A DNA stretch of 64,000 nt from Octopus sinensis (Eukaryota): NCBI RefSeq assembly GCF_006345805.1, contig NC_043002.1:41664001-41728000 (forward strand), in the 5' to 3' direction. Positions within the stretch are counted from its first letter, which is position 1; every line of letters starts with the position of its first letter. This document shows positions 39,401 through 51,700 of this stretch, piece by piece. Made by a program: the position numbers and the translations under genes. The notes beneath the pieces were generated by a model. That model did not search any database. It was not told the DNA's origin and saw nothing but the letters and a program-made list of their open reading frames with translations.

Positions 39401-40350
39401 CATTAGCACACAGCTTTAATAATAAATGGAAATAAGAATAATGGTGGTAATAATAGTGATATTAATAATAACAATGATAATAATTTAGTCAAAACTCATG
39501 TCAGATCAGAGGAAATATTAACAATGACAAATAGTAAAAAAAAAAAGAAAAAAAATTATTATTATCATTATTATTGTAAATATATAGAATTTTTATGTGT
39601 GTGTGTGTGTGTGCATTCCCTTGTCTTGATAGTTGTAAATGTGTATCACTGTCATACGAGTGATGTTCGTTTCCAGCCTTCTGACAAAAGCATTTCTAGC
39701 CATGTGAAATATAACTCTACTTAAGAACAAGCGATAGTTGGTGACAGTAAGGATATCTGGCCATAGAAGAATCAGCCACAAGAAATTCCATCTGACCTAT
39801 GCAAGCATGGGAAAATGGACAGTAAACAGTGATGAGGATATTCATAATTTTATTCATTCGCTCTGTAAAGCACTCTGATTTCTGTAGCAGCCACACTCTT
39901 GCAGCAATAACATCTATTTGAATTGAATTCTACCAAAGTATAATACTTGATGTATCAGATTTCTCAATTACAATTCTCCTTTAAGTTTAAATTTCAAAAT
40001 TGGATTGCTGAAAAATTACACAGATTGAAATATGTGAATGCAACTGTAATATTAGAACATTGAACAAATACGAAATAGATTAACTGCATATAATTCTAAT
40101 TGTAATTGAATATATCGATGACTTGTTTTTCGGATGGTTCTTTGACTTTTGTTCACATGTAGCCATTTGCCACTCACTAACCAATGTTATTTTATCATGG
40201 AGATAATGAAGAACCCATAATGAATGTACATAACTCCCCAAAAAAAGAAAAAGAAATTTCTTTTTCTATTAAATAGCTTTCTGTGAAAATGTAAATCTAG
40301 TTTTACCGTTGCTGCTTTCATGCACACTCGTGTGTATGTGTGTGTGTATG

Positions 40351-40435
<85 letters not shown>

Positions 40436-40699
40436 ACACACAGACAGATAAATAACACAACTGTGTTTGAGCTTGATCTTTGTTAATGAATTTTATTAGT
40501 TTTAAGGAGGAACATTGTTAATATTTTTGAGTGCAGAGAGGGAGAGAGGGAGGTATATGTACTTAACACATGTGGGGACTTTAAACAATTATATTAAAAT
40601 CTTACTCAGCATTGCATTATTTAGTTCCATAAATTCTAAAAGCTTGTCTAATTGTTTGAATGCTTTATATTGAGTGGTAAGGCAGTCATGGCTTCTAAA

Positions 40700-41205
40700 T
40701 AAGGTTAAGTGACATTAGCAGAAGGCTGAGGCTCATTCTCATTAGCTTGTTTGAAGCATGTGGTGGAATCAGTATCTTAACAAATGTCAATAGCTGTTAG
40801 ATGGCAGATAATGGTAGCATAAGAAATAGCTTCCTTGTTTTCATTAGAATGTCCAATGCAATATAAATTTCAGTTACTTTTTGTAGGATGTCATTAACAG
40901 ATAATGGCTTAAAATTAGTTGATGGAGAGTTCTACTGATGTTAGAACTATGATAGTTTGATTTCCTTACTAAGGAACATAACTGGTTGTTGGAATATGTG
41001 CAGTTTCTTGTAGGGACAAAATCAACAGTTTTGCTCTCAGGATAAGGACCTTGATGAAAATGTTCCAAGTTAGGAGATATTTCTCTGATTCTGTCCCTGT
41101 AGGCAGAGTATATATGCTGAGTGTGCCTTCCCTTGGAGTCATTGACTGTAAGCTCTGTGTAGTTCTTTGGGATACCATCAAATTTACTCCTATCCAAGCC
41201 ATGTT
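40700..41205 (-). mobile_element. Decayed RTE-type LINE, endonuclease region
   Basis: Overlapping minus-strand ORFs 40874-41197 and 40969-41202 contain KFDGIPK...GRHTQHIYSAY and TLSIYTLPT...KLLIL, resembling the RTE AP-endonuclease segment (LPKG...RHATIISAYAPT...KLLILGDFN) split by frameshifts. Confidence 0.5.
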
Positions 41206-41500
41206 AACATGATAAAACAGTTGTTAAACGAAACAAATCAATGAAGGAATGGCTGCATGGTTAAAAACCTTGCTTTGCAACCGTGTGGTTTCGAGTTCAG
41301 TTCCAGTGTGCAGAGCACTTTGGGAAAGTGTTTTCTACTATAGCTCCAGACTGAAACAAGTAAAAAATAAAAGAACACGCACACACACACACACACATGT
41401 TTATATTGTCATATGTGTGTTTGTTTTACATACACAAATATATTTGTATTAATCCGCTTGCATTTTATTTGTACTCACTTTCATTTTCTTTCTCTTACAG

Positions 41501-41635
41501 TTCTCACTGCCACCGACTGTCAGTGTTCGGAGAGTATGTTTAGTTGTGGTGATAGCAAATGTACATGCATTCCAGTAGCTTTGGTGTGCGATAAAGATTA
41601 CGATTGTGCCAACAAGAATGACGAGAAACATTGCA
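41501..41635 (+). CDS. LRP4: Internal coding exon encoding an LDL-receptor class A repeat; probable exon for the first LA repeat of an LRP4 orthologue
   Basis: A polypyrimidine acceptor tttcattttctttctcttacAG ends at 41500 and a donor GTAGGT starts at 41636. The exon is 135 nt, symmetric phase 1-1. Translation (x)LTATDCQCSESMFSCGDSKCTCIPVALVCDKDYDCANKNDEKHC fits the LDLa pattern F-x-C...CI...CD...DC...DE..C with two extra Cys. The C-x-C start and CTCIP match the first LA repeat of vertebrate LRP4 as I recall it (ECACGRSHFTC...[26 protein letters not shown]). The LDLa call is firm; the gene name rests on recalled similarity of one exon. Confidence 0.8.
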
Positions 41636-41914
41636 GTAGGTAATTTTTTTTCAGTATGACTGTAACCACAAAGTGATTTCTTTTTTTTCCATTTATACCA
41701 CATACTTAGTAATTTGCATGCTTCTTCTGCACAAAAATAATCCAAATTTTTTTTTCTTTAATAATACATTTATATCACTTAAAATAAATTGTTTTCTCTA
41801 TTTATGAAAGTTCATAAAATTGGTGCTTGTCTTTTGATTTTCTTTGTGTAACCATTTTTGTGACTGTTTCTAACAAAATATACAAACAACCTAAATGCAT
41901 GAATTATCTGTCTA

Positions 41915-41956
<42 letters not shown>

Positions 41957-44900
41957 CTTTTGGTGATGCATGAATTTTATTATCTTGAGAAAATATGACA
42001 ATCTATTTTGGAACTGTGGATCTCAAAGTATGTAAAGCTGTAAATAATTGCATGTAAAAATGGGGTTGAAAAACTCCCTTTTTGGATAAAAAAAAAAGTT
42101 GACGGTTACCTGTGGGACTTGAACCTGTAGATATGATGAGTGTTCTACTAATGGAGCAAATCAATCTTTCGAATTTCTCTATTCATTTTAGAAACTTTAT
42201 TCTTACTGGTAACAATTGTATATTGATGTCATATCAATTTTATAAACTTTCAAGAAAACCTGAAATATTTCTTTTTTGGGAAACAATGGATCTTGAAGCA
42301 CGTGATAGCATATAAATATTGGGTTGAAAAATCCTTTTGAATAGAAGGCTTCATCATCATCATCTTTTAATGTCCGCTTTCCATGCTAGTATGGGTTGGA
42401 CGATTTGACTGAGGGCTGGCAAACCAGATCAATCTTGATCTGGCAGAGTTTCTACAGCTGGATGCCCTTCCTAACGCCAACCACTCCGAGAATGTAGTGG
42501 ATGCTTTTACGTGCCAGCCAGGTGGTACTGGCAACGACCTCGCTTGAATCTTTTTACACATGTCACCGGCACAGGTGCCAGTAAGGTGATGCTGGTAATG
42601 ATCACGCTCGGATGGTGTCTTTTTACGTGCCACTGGCACGGAGGCCAGAAAGCTGCTCTGGCAACGATCGCACTCAGATCATGCTCTTAATACCCTACTA
42701 GCATGAGGCTCAAGTGCCAGTAAGGTGATGCTGGTAACGATCACACTCGAATGGTGCCTTTTATGTGCCACTGGCACGGAAGCTGGTTAGCCACTCTGTC
42801 AATGATCACACTCATATGGTGCTCTTTGCACCCCGCTAGCACGGACGCCAGTCATCAAATTTTATTTTGAAGATTGAGTGTAGTATTTAACCTTTCTCGA
42901 TGGTGTTTGGAACACAACAAAGGTGTCTCATAAAATTATGTTTAAAGTTAAATATTAAACTTTTGGCAGATTTAGGTACCCTAGACGCGTATATCATGAT
43001 GGTACCCCTACCACTACTTCAGAAGTTGAGGGCAGCAAGGTATAGAAACAAAAGTACCTCACAATTTTTTTTAAAGATATTTGGTGGCATCCAAAGAATA
43101 AAAGTATACAACATTGGTTGTTACTAAGTATTTTATATTTCTAAGAATTTTTTCTTTTTTTTTTTTGTAAATAAGGTGCAGGTGTGGCTGTGTGGTAAGA
43201 AGCTTGCTTCCCAACCTTGTGATTCTGGGTTCAGACTCACTGTGTGGCACCTTGAGAAAGTGCCTTCTACTATATCCTTGTGCTGATTAAAGCCTTGTGA
43301 GTAGAATTAGTAGACGGAAACTGAAAGAAGCTTGTCGTGTGTATGTTTGTGTTTGTCACTTGCCATTGCTTGACAATTGGTGTTGGTCTATTTACATCCC
43401 TGTAGCTTAGCAGTTTAGCAAAAGAACTGATAGAATAAGTACTAGGCTTTAAAAAAAATCCTGGGGTTGATTTGTTCCAGTAAAACCTTTCAAGATAGTG
43501 CCCCAGCATGGCCACAGTCAAATGGCTGAAACAAGTAAAAGATAAAAGATAAAGCTTGCATCATTAAAGTAATTTTTTGTAAATAAAGAACGCATTATTA
43601 ACCCTTTAACAGCAAATTTAAATTTTATGGTTATTTCAGTAATTGTGTTAAATGAGGGGAATAAAAGAATGAATTGGTGGTGTTTTTGTTTGTTGAGTCA
43701 CATTGCCTCAATAAACTTGACAGCAGAAAATACTTGCAAACGTGACATTCCTCAACTGATCATAGATTGGTATATAAAACTATTTTTCTGTAGTTAAGAG
43801 TAATGAAATTTTGAGTGGTTATATTTGATTTCCACAGCAAAAGGATCAAAGTAATTTCCTACTGCATATTTTAGCTTTTGTATCATACAATCCTCCGTGG
43901 TTTTAAGTGGCCTGATTTCAAAAGGTATAAACAGATGAAAATTGGTTCCTCTATACAGGACAGTAATTACTTGCATGAAGCAAGAATTCTGAAAAGATTT
44001 TGTGTCTTTTCTTCACAGTTTGTTATTGTATTTATTTAGCCTCAGGTCATGTTTATGAGCAAAGACACAACTGTGACAGGCTATTTCTAGAATATCTATT
44101 GATTGCAGACAGCAGGGACTGGGAACCTTATTAACAAGGATCAATTGAAAGTGCATAGCAACCTGTGAGAATCTATGCTCAAGAAAATAATGACTTTTTA
44201 ATTTCACAAATTCATAGATTTACAATTTATATTAAATTATTTTATCTTGAGGCTTAAATCCTTTTGTTTTATGTGTGTATTTGTGTGTTTTGAAACATTG
44301 ACAATAGGCTGTTTCAGTGTTGAAAGTATAGATCTGCACTTTATTTGATCTGAGATATTTGAGATAAATATCATAATAAAAAGGATAACCGAAAAATAAT
44401 TGCTAACTCATCTTCTTTCAATACCTTATTTAGTTGAACATTTCATCTTTACAACTTGACATACTAATAATCTTAATTCATTTATTTGTCAAAAAAAAAA
44501 AAAACATTATAAGGGTGGGGGTTGTAAAGTTCCTGGCTTTGGGTAAAAGAAAATATAGGAAGATAAGTTAATTATTATTTTACTCAACATATTCTCCCCT
44601 TTCAGATTCACACACTTATTGCAGCAGTCCTTCAGTTTTTCTAAGCCCTGTAAAAGAACTTGGAAGGTTGGGCCTCCAACCAGGCCTTTCACAACACCCT
44701 TAAAATGGAGAACTTTTCAGCACCTCTTCGGGTTTATCAGTCAAGGAACATGGCACATGCTACTGAAACATCCTTATCACCCTTGCTATGTTACTGGGGT
44801 ATATGTTCTTTTGAACACGTTTTCTATTTAGAAAAGATTAAAGGTTTTAAATTGTTTTCTGCTGGCTACACAAATTCTTCCCTCTCCAGTATAACTTTTT

Positions 44901-46599
44901 TTGTTTTGTTTCAAAGGGATTTTAGATTTGCATATCATCAAAAAGAGCCTTGAAAATCCTTTTCAGGTTTATGCTATTTATCATATTTATGTTATTTCTT
45001 TCTTTTTTTTAATTATTTTTGGCCTTGATAATGCTTTTGCTAAATTAGAAATGTGGGTTAAATATTTTGGTTGCTGTATATCACATTTTGTTAAATCTCT
45101 TCAGGTTCAACCCTTTAGCATTTCAACGAGTTATATCCAGCCAAAAATATTCTAACTGTTTTATGTTCAAACTAGCTACATCAGCCCCACATACCAACCC
45201 TACAATATCATTCTAAAAAATTAACAGTTATCTCATCATGATCTCAAAGCTACAAAATAATGCATTTATAATTCAAAACAATGTGAATAAATAAGCATTA
45301 CTTTTGAGAGAATAAAGTGAATGCTAAATTGTTAACTAAAAATGTTTTAACCCTTCATTACCTGTTGTGTTATACATAGCACATATCAATTTTTACATCA
45401 TTAAATGTATAATGGTACTCTCATTATATAACAGAAGCTGTTTTTATTTTTCATTGGTTTTTATAAGGAGTGTTCAGAAGAGACTTATAGTTTTTTTATC
45501 TTTTACTTTCACAAGACTGCGACCATACTGGGGCACCACCTTGAAGAATTACAGTTGAATGAATTGACCCCAGTGCTTATTGTTTTATGTAAAGCCTGGT
45601 ACTTATTCTATTGGTATCATTTGCCAAACTGCTAAGTTACAGGGACATAAACACACCAACACCAGTTGTCAAGTAGTAGTGGTGGTGGACAAACACATAT
45701 GACGGGCTTCTTTCAGTTTCCATCTACCAAATCGATTCACAAGGCTTTGAGCAGCTCAAGGCTATATAAGTAGAAGACATTTGCCAAGGTGGGACTGAAC
45801 TTGGAACCGTGTGGTTGAGGAGCCAGCCATTATCCATTTGTAGTTTTTCAATCATAATATTGTTGAAAGCAATGCATAGCTAAATGGGCTGTTTGTTTGT
45901 TCACATTTTCAACTCTCTTAAAACACATTTGCTGACTTTTTGTCAGGTGACATGCCTAGACAACACTGTTTTCTACAACACCCTCTCACCATTTTGCTTT
46001 ATAAACACATAAATATGTATGATGGCATTCCATACTTTATATTTTCTTATAAACCTTATTTTTATTAGTTTTATTAGCTGTTATATTTCTCTGTATTTTC
46101 CATTTTCAACCTATATTTCACTACTTTTGAAAGCGCATTGTGTGTTTGTGTTTGTCTGTTTCCAATCCATCACAAAGCCATGTCTGGCTAAGGAGAAATA
46201 TTACCTTGCTTGGAAACAGGTGAGGGTAGGCAACAGGAAGGGCATGTGGTTGTAAGAATCTGCCTCAGTGAATTTTTGTCTAATACATGTAAGTGGAAAA
46301 GTGAATGTTAAAATGATGATGATAATAATGAAATTATTATATATATATATATATATATATATCATTTATTCATTCCTTCATGATACCACAAGAGGTAAAA
46401 TATTTACTCTGAATAATGCATCTTGAAAGAAGATTGAAAGATAGAATAATTTGATGACTGAAAAAGAAAAAAGGCAAGAAGAGGGAAAAGTAATATTGTA
46501 TGTAACATGCAGTGAATCTATTGTAGTGTTAAAGGAATATAATATACATAAGCATTACAAAATAAAGCTGTCATCTCACTCTTCTCATCTAGCAGGGAA

Positions 46600-48200
46600 G
46601 CTATATCATTAAAAACATGAAGGCTTGAAGCAAAGTATTTTAAAACAGTTGTTTTTTACTAGTATAAGTGCTAATAATGAACCTGTAACTAAAGCTTGTT
46701 TGGAGTGGCTTATTTGTTAGTTAAGAAAAGAAAACAATATACTGATGGTGAATTAATTAAACCATATATGATAGCAACAACAGAAGTATGTTCAGTGGGT
46801 GAGTAGGTGGTAAGATTTATTCCAGAATATTAGTCTTTCTGCAAAAAGCAGTATCTGGGAGAGTCAAAGACACAGGAGACAACATCCTGTGCTAATTAAA
46901 CAATAAAACACAAGATGTCCAGTGGCTTTGTCTGGTTCTTGATGAATCAACAGATGCGTTTGACAATTCAGTACTGCTTTTGTTCATTTGGGGGATTAAT
47001 AAATAACTTTGAAGTGACGGAAGAACTAGCTTCAGTGAGCAGCAGGCATCAAGGAACTTACTGGTGAAAATATTTTCAGAAAAAGTGGAGAAAGCATTTG
47101 ACTAATATAATTTGGTCTGGAAACATATCAAAGTTATAATAACTGATCGTGGGGGTAAAAAAAAAATGCATAGAAAAAGATTGTATTTAACTAATTTACA
47201 AAGCTTGCGACAGTGAGGTATGTCTACACTTTTAGTTCTTGTAGTGTTTTACAGCATCTTTTATCAGCAGACACTTTATGGAAAGCATTTAATTATTTCA
47301 TGTGTGATGTAACCAGTTGTATCAACAAAGAATTTTATTTGATTGAATGTACTCAGTTATTGCCAGTTTTGAAAAATTTTGTGAAGAAATAAAAGTTGAA
47401 TATTATGATTTGCCATGCTACATTCCGTCGTAATATGGTTTAGCTGTGGTGAAGTTATCTCTAATTTTTTGATCTTCAGATTGAAGTTAACATTAAACAT
47501 ATTTTTTTTTTCTTTTAATGAGAAATATTTTTTCTCAGCCAATCTCAATGGTGAAGGATTGTGGAAAATGTCATTCCGAGCTACCATAACGACATAATCT
47601 CAATAACTTAAATCTTAGATACAAAACAATTCAGAACTTATATAAGATATACTCTGCTGTGAAAGCTTTCCAACATTAAGTTAACCCTTGCTTTTTCATT
47701 CCCAGCAAAGGCGAATAACTTCATCTACAATTACTGTTATGAAAAAATACAACTATGAAGCAAATTTTTTATTTCCTTTCAAAAATTGCTCAAGATAATT
47801 CTTACTAGTCTGAAGTTAGTTTCAACAGTGTAGTTTTTTAGGTTAGAATGAAAATGTAAAAGAATTTTAAATCTTTCAAAATACATTTGATTGCATTATT
47901 GAGGAACTTCTGTTAGATTTTAAACAAGAAGTTATTGGCCTGCAGTCTACTGATATGTTGGAAAACCAGTTCAAAAGAAGGAAAACTTGATTGACTTTTA
48001 CAAATATGTCTGAGACGAAGGATGTTTTTCTTTTAAATTTGTTGCTTGGCATTATAACATTTGGCATAGCCTATTTATGTGGTTAAAACATTTTCAAAGA
48101 TAATGTAATGATTAAATCTGTGTATTGGTCCATGTTGACTGATTACCAATTGCAATCAGGTTTGAATACAGAAACCACATTTTGATATATTATTCCTTAC
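46600..48200 (+). pseudogene. Decayed hAT (GTF2IRD2/SPIN/Charlie-like) transposase
   Basis: Collinear motifs broken by stops and frameshifts: KKRKQYTDGELIKP (~46723), LVLDESTD...LLLFIWGI (46938), NFEVTEELAS, IITD, EYYDLPCY...WFSCGEV (~47436), FGIAYLC..FSK (~48060), KSVYWSMLTD. These match the known hAT transposase motifs FTDGEFIK, LDESTD, RWLS and FGSTYLCEQ. Confidence 0.85.
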
Positions 48201-48695
48201 AACTTGAAAAAAAAAAAAATCATAATAGCTTGATAGTAAGTAGAAGGTTCATGTAAGGTATATATATTTCTAAAATGAAAAACATCAAATTGAAGGAAAA
48301 AAAGGGAAGGAGAGAAAAAAAAAATGCTCTTTCTGTTGCCTAGTATGATCATGTTTTCACTCTTTTATTCCGCTTGGTTTGCAAAATAAAATATTTCCAA
48401 TCCTGCCTGACAGAGAATATTTCTACATAGAAGTTTCTGGTTGATATATTTTTCATAGGGTTATCTTTGTTTATAGGACCTTTTGGTTAACAACTGAAAC
48501 CAATGAGAGTAAAGCATTTGAACCATGATTCCTAAAGTTTCAAAACTGTTTGAATCTTTGATATGAGTTGCATCACAGATAGTTTAAAAATTTTTCTGCT
48601 TTTCTTTGTATATCTAAGGTAGCACCTTTGGTAAGTGTCTTTTTGGGCTGATCAGTCATGTGAGTGGAGATGGTAAACAGAAACTGGAAGGAGCC

Positions 48696-48726
<31 letters not shown>

Positions 48727-51700
48727 CACGTGTGCGTGTGTGTGCATGTATCCTTGTTTTGACAGCACATAATAGTTGCAAACAAACATCATATTGTAAG
48801 CGATGTTGTTTATTTTTAGTCTTCCATGAAATATGTTTAGCCATGGACAAATACTACCTTACTTGGAAATAGGTGAGTGTTGGTGACAGGAAAGGCATCT
48901 GGCCGTAGACAATTTGCCAATATAAACTTTATACGACCTGTGCAAGCATGGAAAAGTATCTGATAAAATGATGATGATCATCATCATATATTTTCTTGTT
49001 TTAAGATAGGGCTAATTAAGTTTTTGATTCAGTCAGATACAGTTTATTATCGGTGCTTAATTTCAACAATTTATTGCATCAACTATACTACTTTTTGTGT
49101 GTCCTTTCATGCATTTCAACCAGACTTTAGATTGTTTATAGACAACTTGATTGTTTGTTCCATCTGTACCATTATTTATGCTTGTGGATACCGTTTCCTG
49201 TTTGCCTCTAACCTGTCAGCCACCGTTTACTTATAAACACACACATATACTTCTTCCTGCTATACCTACCTCTGTAATTTCAATAAAGGCACTTCTGTTT
49301 ATGGTATGATACTTACAATTATTGCCCAGCACTAGAAATTCCTTTTATACCTTCCTCTGTAATCTCAATGAAGACAACTTCTGTTTATGATATGAATGTT
49401 ACAGTTATTAGAAAGCAGTAAGTTTTCAACAAACTAAATCTGTGACACAGTTTAGATTCTCAGTAGGAATCCTTCCAGTTCACTTATGTAACTTAACCAA
49501 TTCCCCTGGGAAAAGCATCGGTGTCATAATTTATCATTTCTTTTAATCCTTTTAGATTTAAAGTAATGGCATTTGTTGTGTGTTAGATTATTAACTGCTG
49601 GTGTCATTTTGTTCCATAGCTTGCTGTTCTTGTTTCTAAGTTCAAATTTCAACTAGGTTGAAAATATAAGTACTTAGCATTTATTGGGTCAATGAATTGA
49701 ATATTAATTCTTCCTTTTCCTAAATGCTTGTCTAGTTCGTGAGAAATCATCATCACCACCACCACCACCACCACCATCATCATCATCATTGATAATATAA
49801 AATACCAGTTAAGTCTTCAGATCAATGTAGTCATGTAACCCCCCCCCCCTAAATTTATTGGCAATGTGCCAAAATTTAAAACAATTATTATTATTATTAT
49901 TATTATTTCGTCTGTCTTTATTTTCTGAGTTCTAATTCTGCCAAGGATGACTTTTGCCTATCATTCTTTCAGGGTTAATAAATTAAGTACCGGTTGCATA
50001 CTGGTTTTGATGTAATCGACTCACCCCCTACCCTGAAATTTCAGGCCTTGTGCCTATAGAAGAAAGGATCATCATCATCATCAAGGCAAGCTAGCTAGCA
50101 AAATCGTGCTTAGTGGCATTTCATCTGTTTTTATATTCTGAGTTCAAATTCTGCCTATCATCCTTTTTGGGTTGATAAAATGGGTACCAGTTGAACACTG
50201 GGGTCTATTTAATTAACTGAGTCCCTTTCTTCAACTTGCTGGCCTTGAGCCAAAATTTGAAACAATTATTATTATCATCATAAATATGGAAAACATTGAT
50301 ATTATTAGAATTCTTTGAATTATTAGAATTATATGGAAATTTGTGTGTGTGTGTGAGAAATTTGGTTCTGCTTGTCTTCATTAACACAGTCTGTACAAAA
50401 AACAGTAAAACTATTTACGGTTTCCTATAAAATTGAAGTCCCCTCAATCAGTGGACATGTGATGATCAGGGCAACAAAAAATATTTGAAAAATAAGTAGG
50501 AGTTGGCAACAATAAGAACATTTGGTCATAGAAAATCTGCTTCAATAAACTTTGTCCGATCCCTGCCGTCCAGGAAAAATGGGCTTAAAAACAACAATGG
50601 TGATGATCTTTTTATTTTATTTTATTTCTTACTAGTTTCAATCATTGGACTGCTTCTTTACTGCGGCACTACCTTAGAGGGGTTTTAGGCAAACAAATTG
50701 ACACCTATACTTATTTTTTAAGCTCGATACTTATTCTGTCAATCTCATTTGCTGAACCACAAAGTTAAGTGTGCATAGACAAGCCAATACTGGTTGACAA
50801 GAAATGAAGTGGGATGGGGTGGCAAACAATGAAACATACACCTGTGCATATGCGCATACACACACACACACACACACACAAAGGAGTGCTGAAAAGTTCC
50901 TGCTTTGGGTAAAAGAAACTACCGAAGGATCAGTTAATTATGATCATATTCGATGTATTCCCCTTTCAGATTCACACACTTATTGCAGTGGTCCTTCAGT
51001 TGTTCTAAGCCCTGTAAAAAAAACTTTGAAGGTTGGGCTTCCAAGCAGGCCCATTGCAATATTCTTAAAACCAGGAACTTTTCAGCACCCCATAAGTACA
51101 GATGGTGTGCCACGGACTACATGCATACTTCCTTTTTTTTCCAAAAGTATATGGTAAGACTTGTCTGCTGTTTTTAAAGGATTTTTTTTTTTTATTCAAA
51201 AGAACGCATACAAAAGATCCTTGGAATGTGTGCAAGAAGCAAAAATCTTTGGTTGTAATGTCATAAACAAGACAGTCTTCATTAAATGCATCTGTGGTGG
51301 AATAGGATGGGGGTTGCCTAGCAGAGCCCATCCTGACCAACCAGACATATTCTCCTCTCAGATTCACACACTTATTGCAGTAGTCTTTTAGTTTTTCTAA
51401 GCCTTGTAAAATAACTTGGACGGTTGGGTCTCCAACGAGGCCTTTCGTGATACCCTTAAAGCCAGGAACCTTTCAGTATCTCGTATATCCCACTGTATCA
51501 ACCAGCCTATCAGATGTTGTTATACACCACTGGTCACAATGCACTTCACATTCAGCTTTCAGATGGTGCCACCCTGCTGGCTAGTGAGTGCACATTACAT
51601 TACTTTTGAACAGAATAACTGTCCATTGCAAGGTTATCTCCAGCTGTGCTGACTTGAGCAATGTGAAATGAAGTGTTTTGCTGAATAAAATGACACACAA

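Noticed and set aside
40874-41197. 107-aa minus-strand ORF as a nested host gene
   Set aside because: Better explained as a frameshifted RTE endonuclease remnant; no splice structure.
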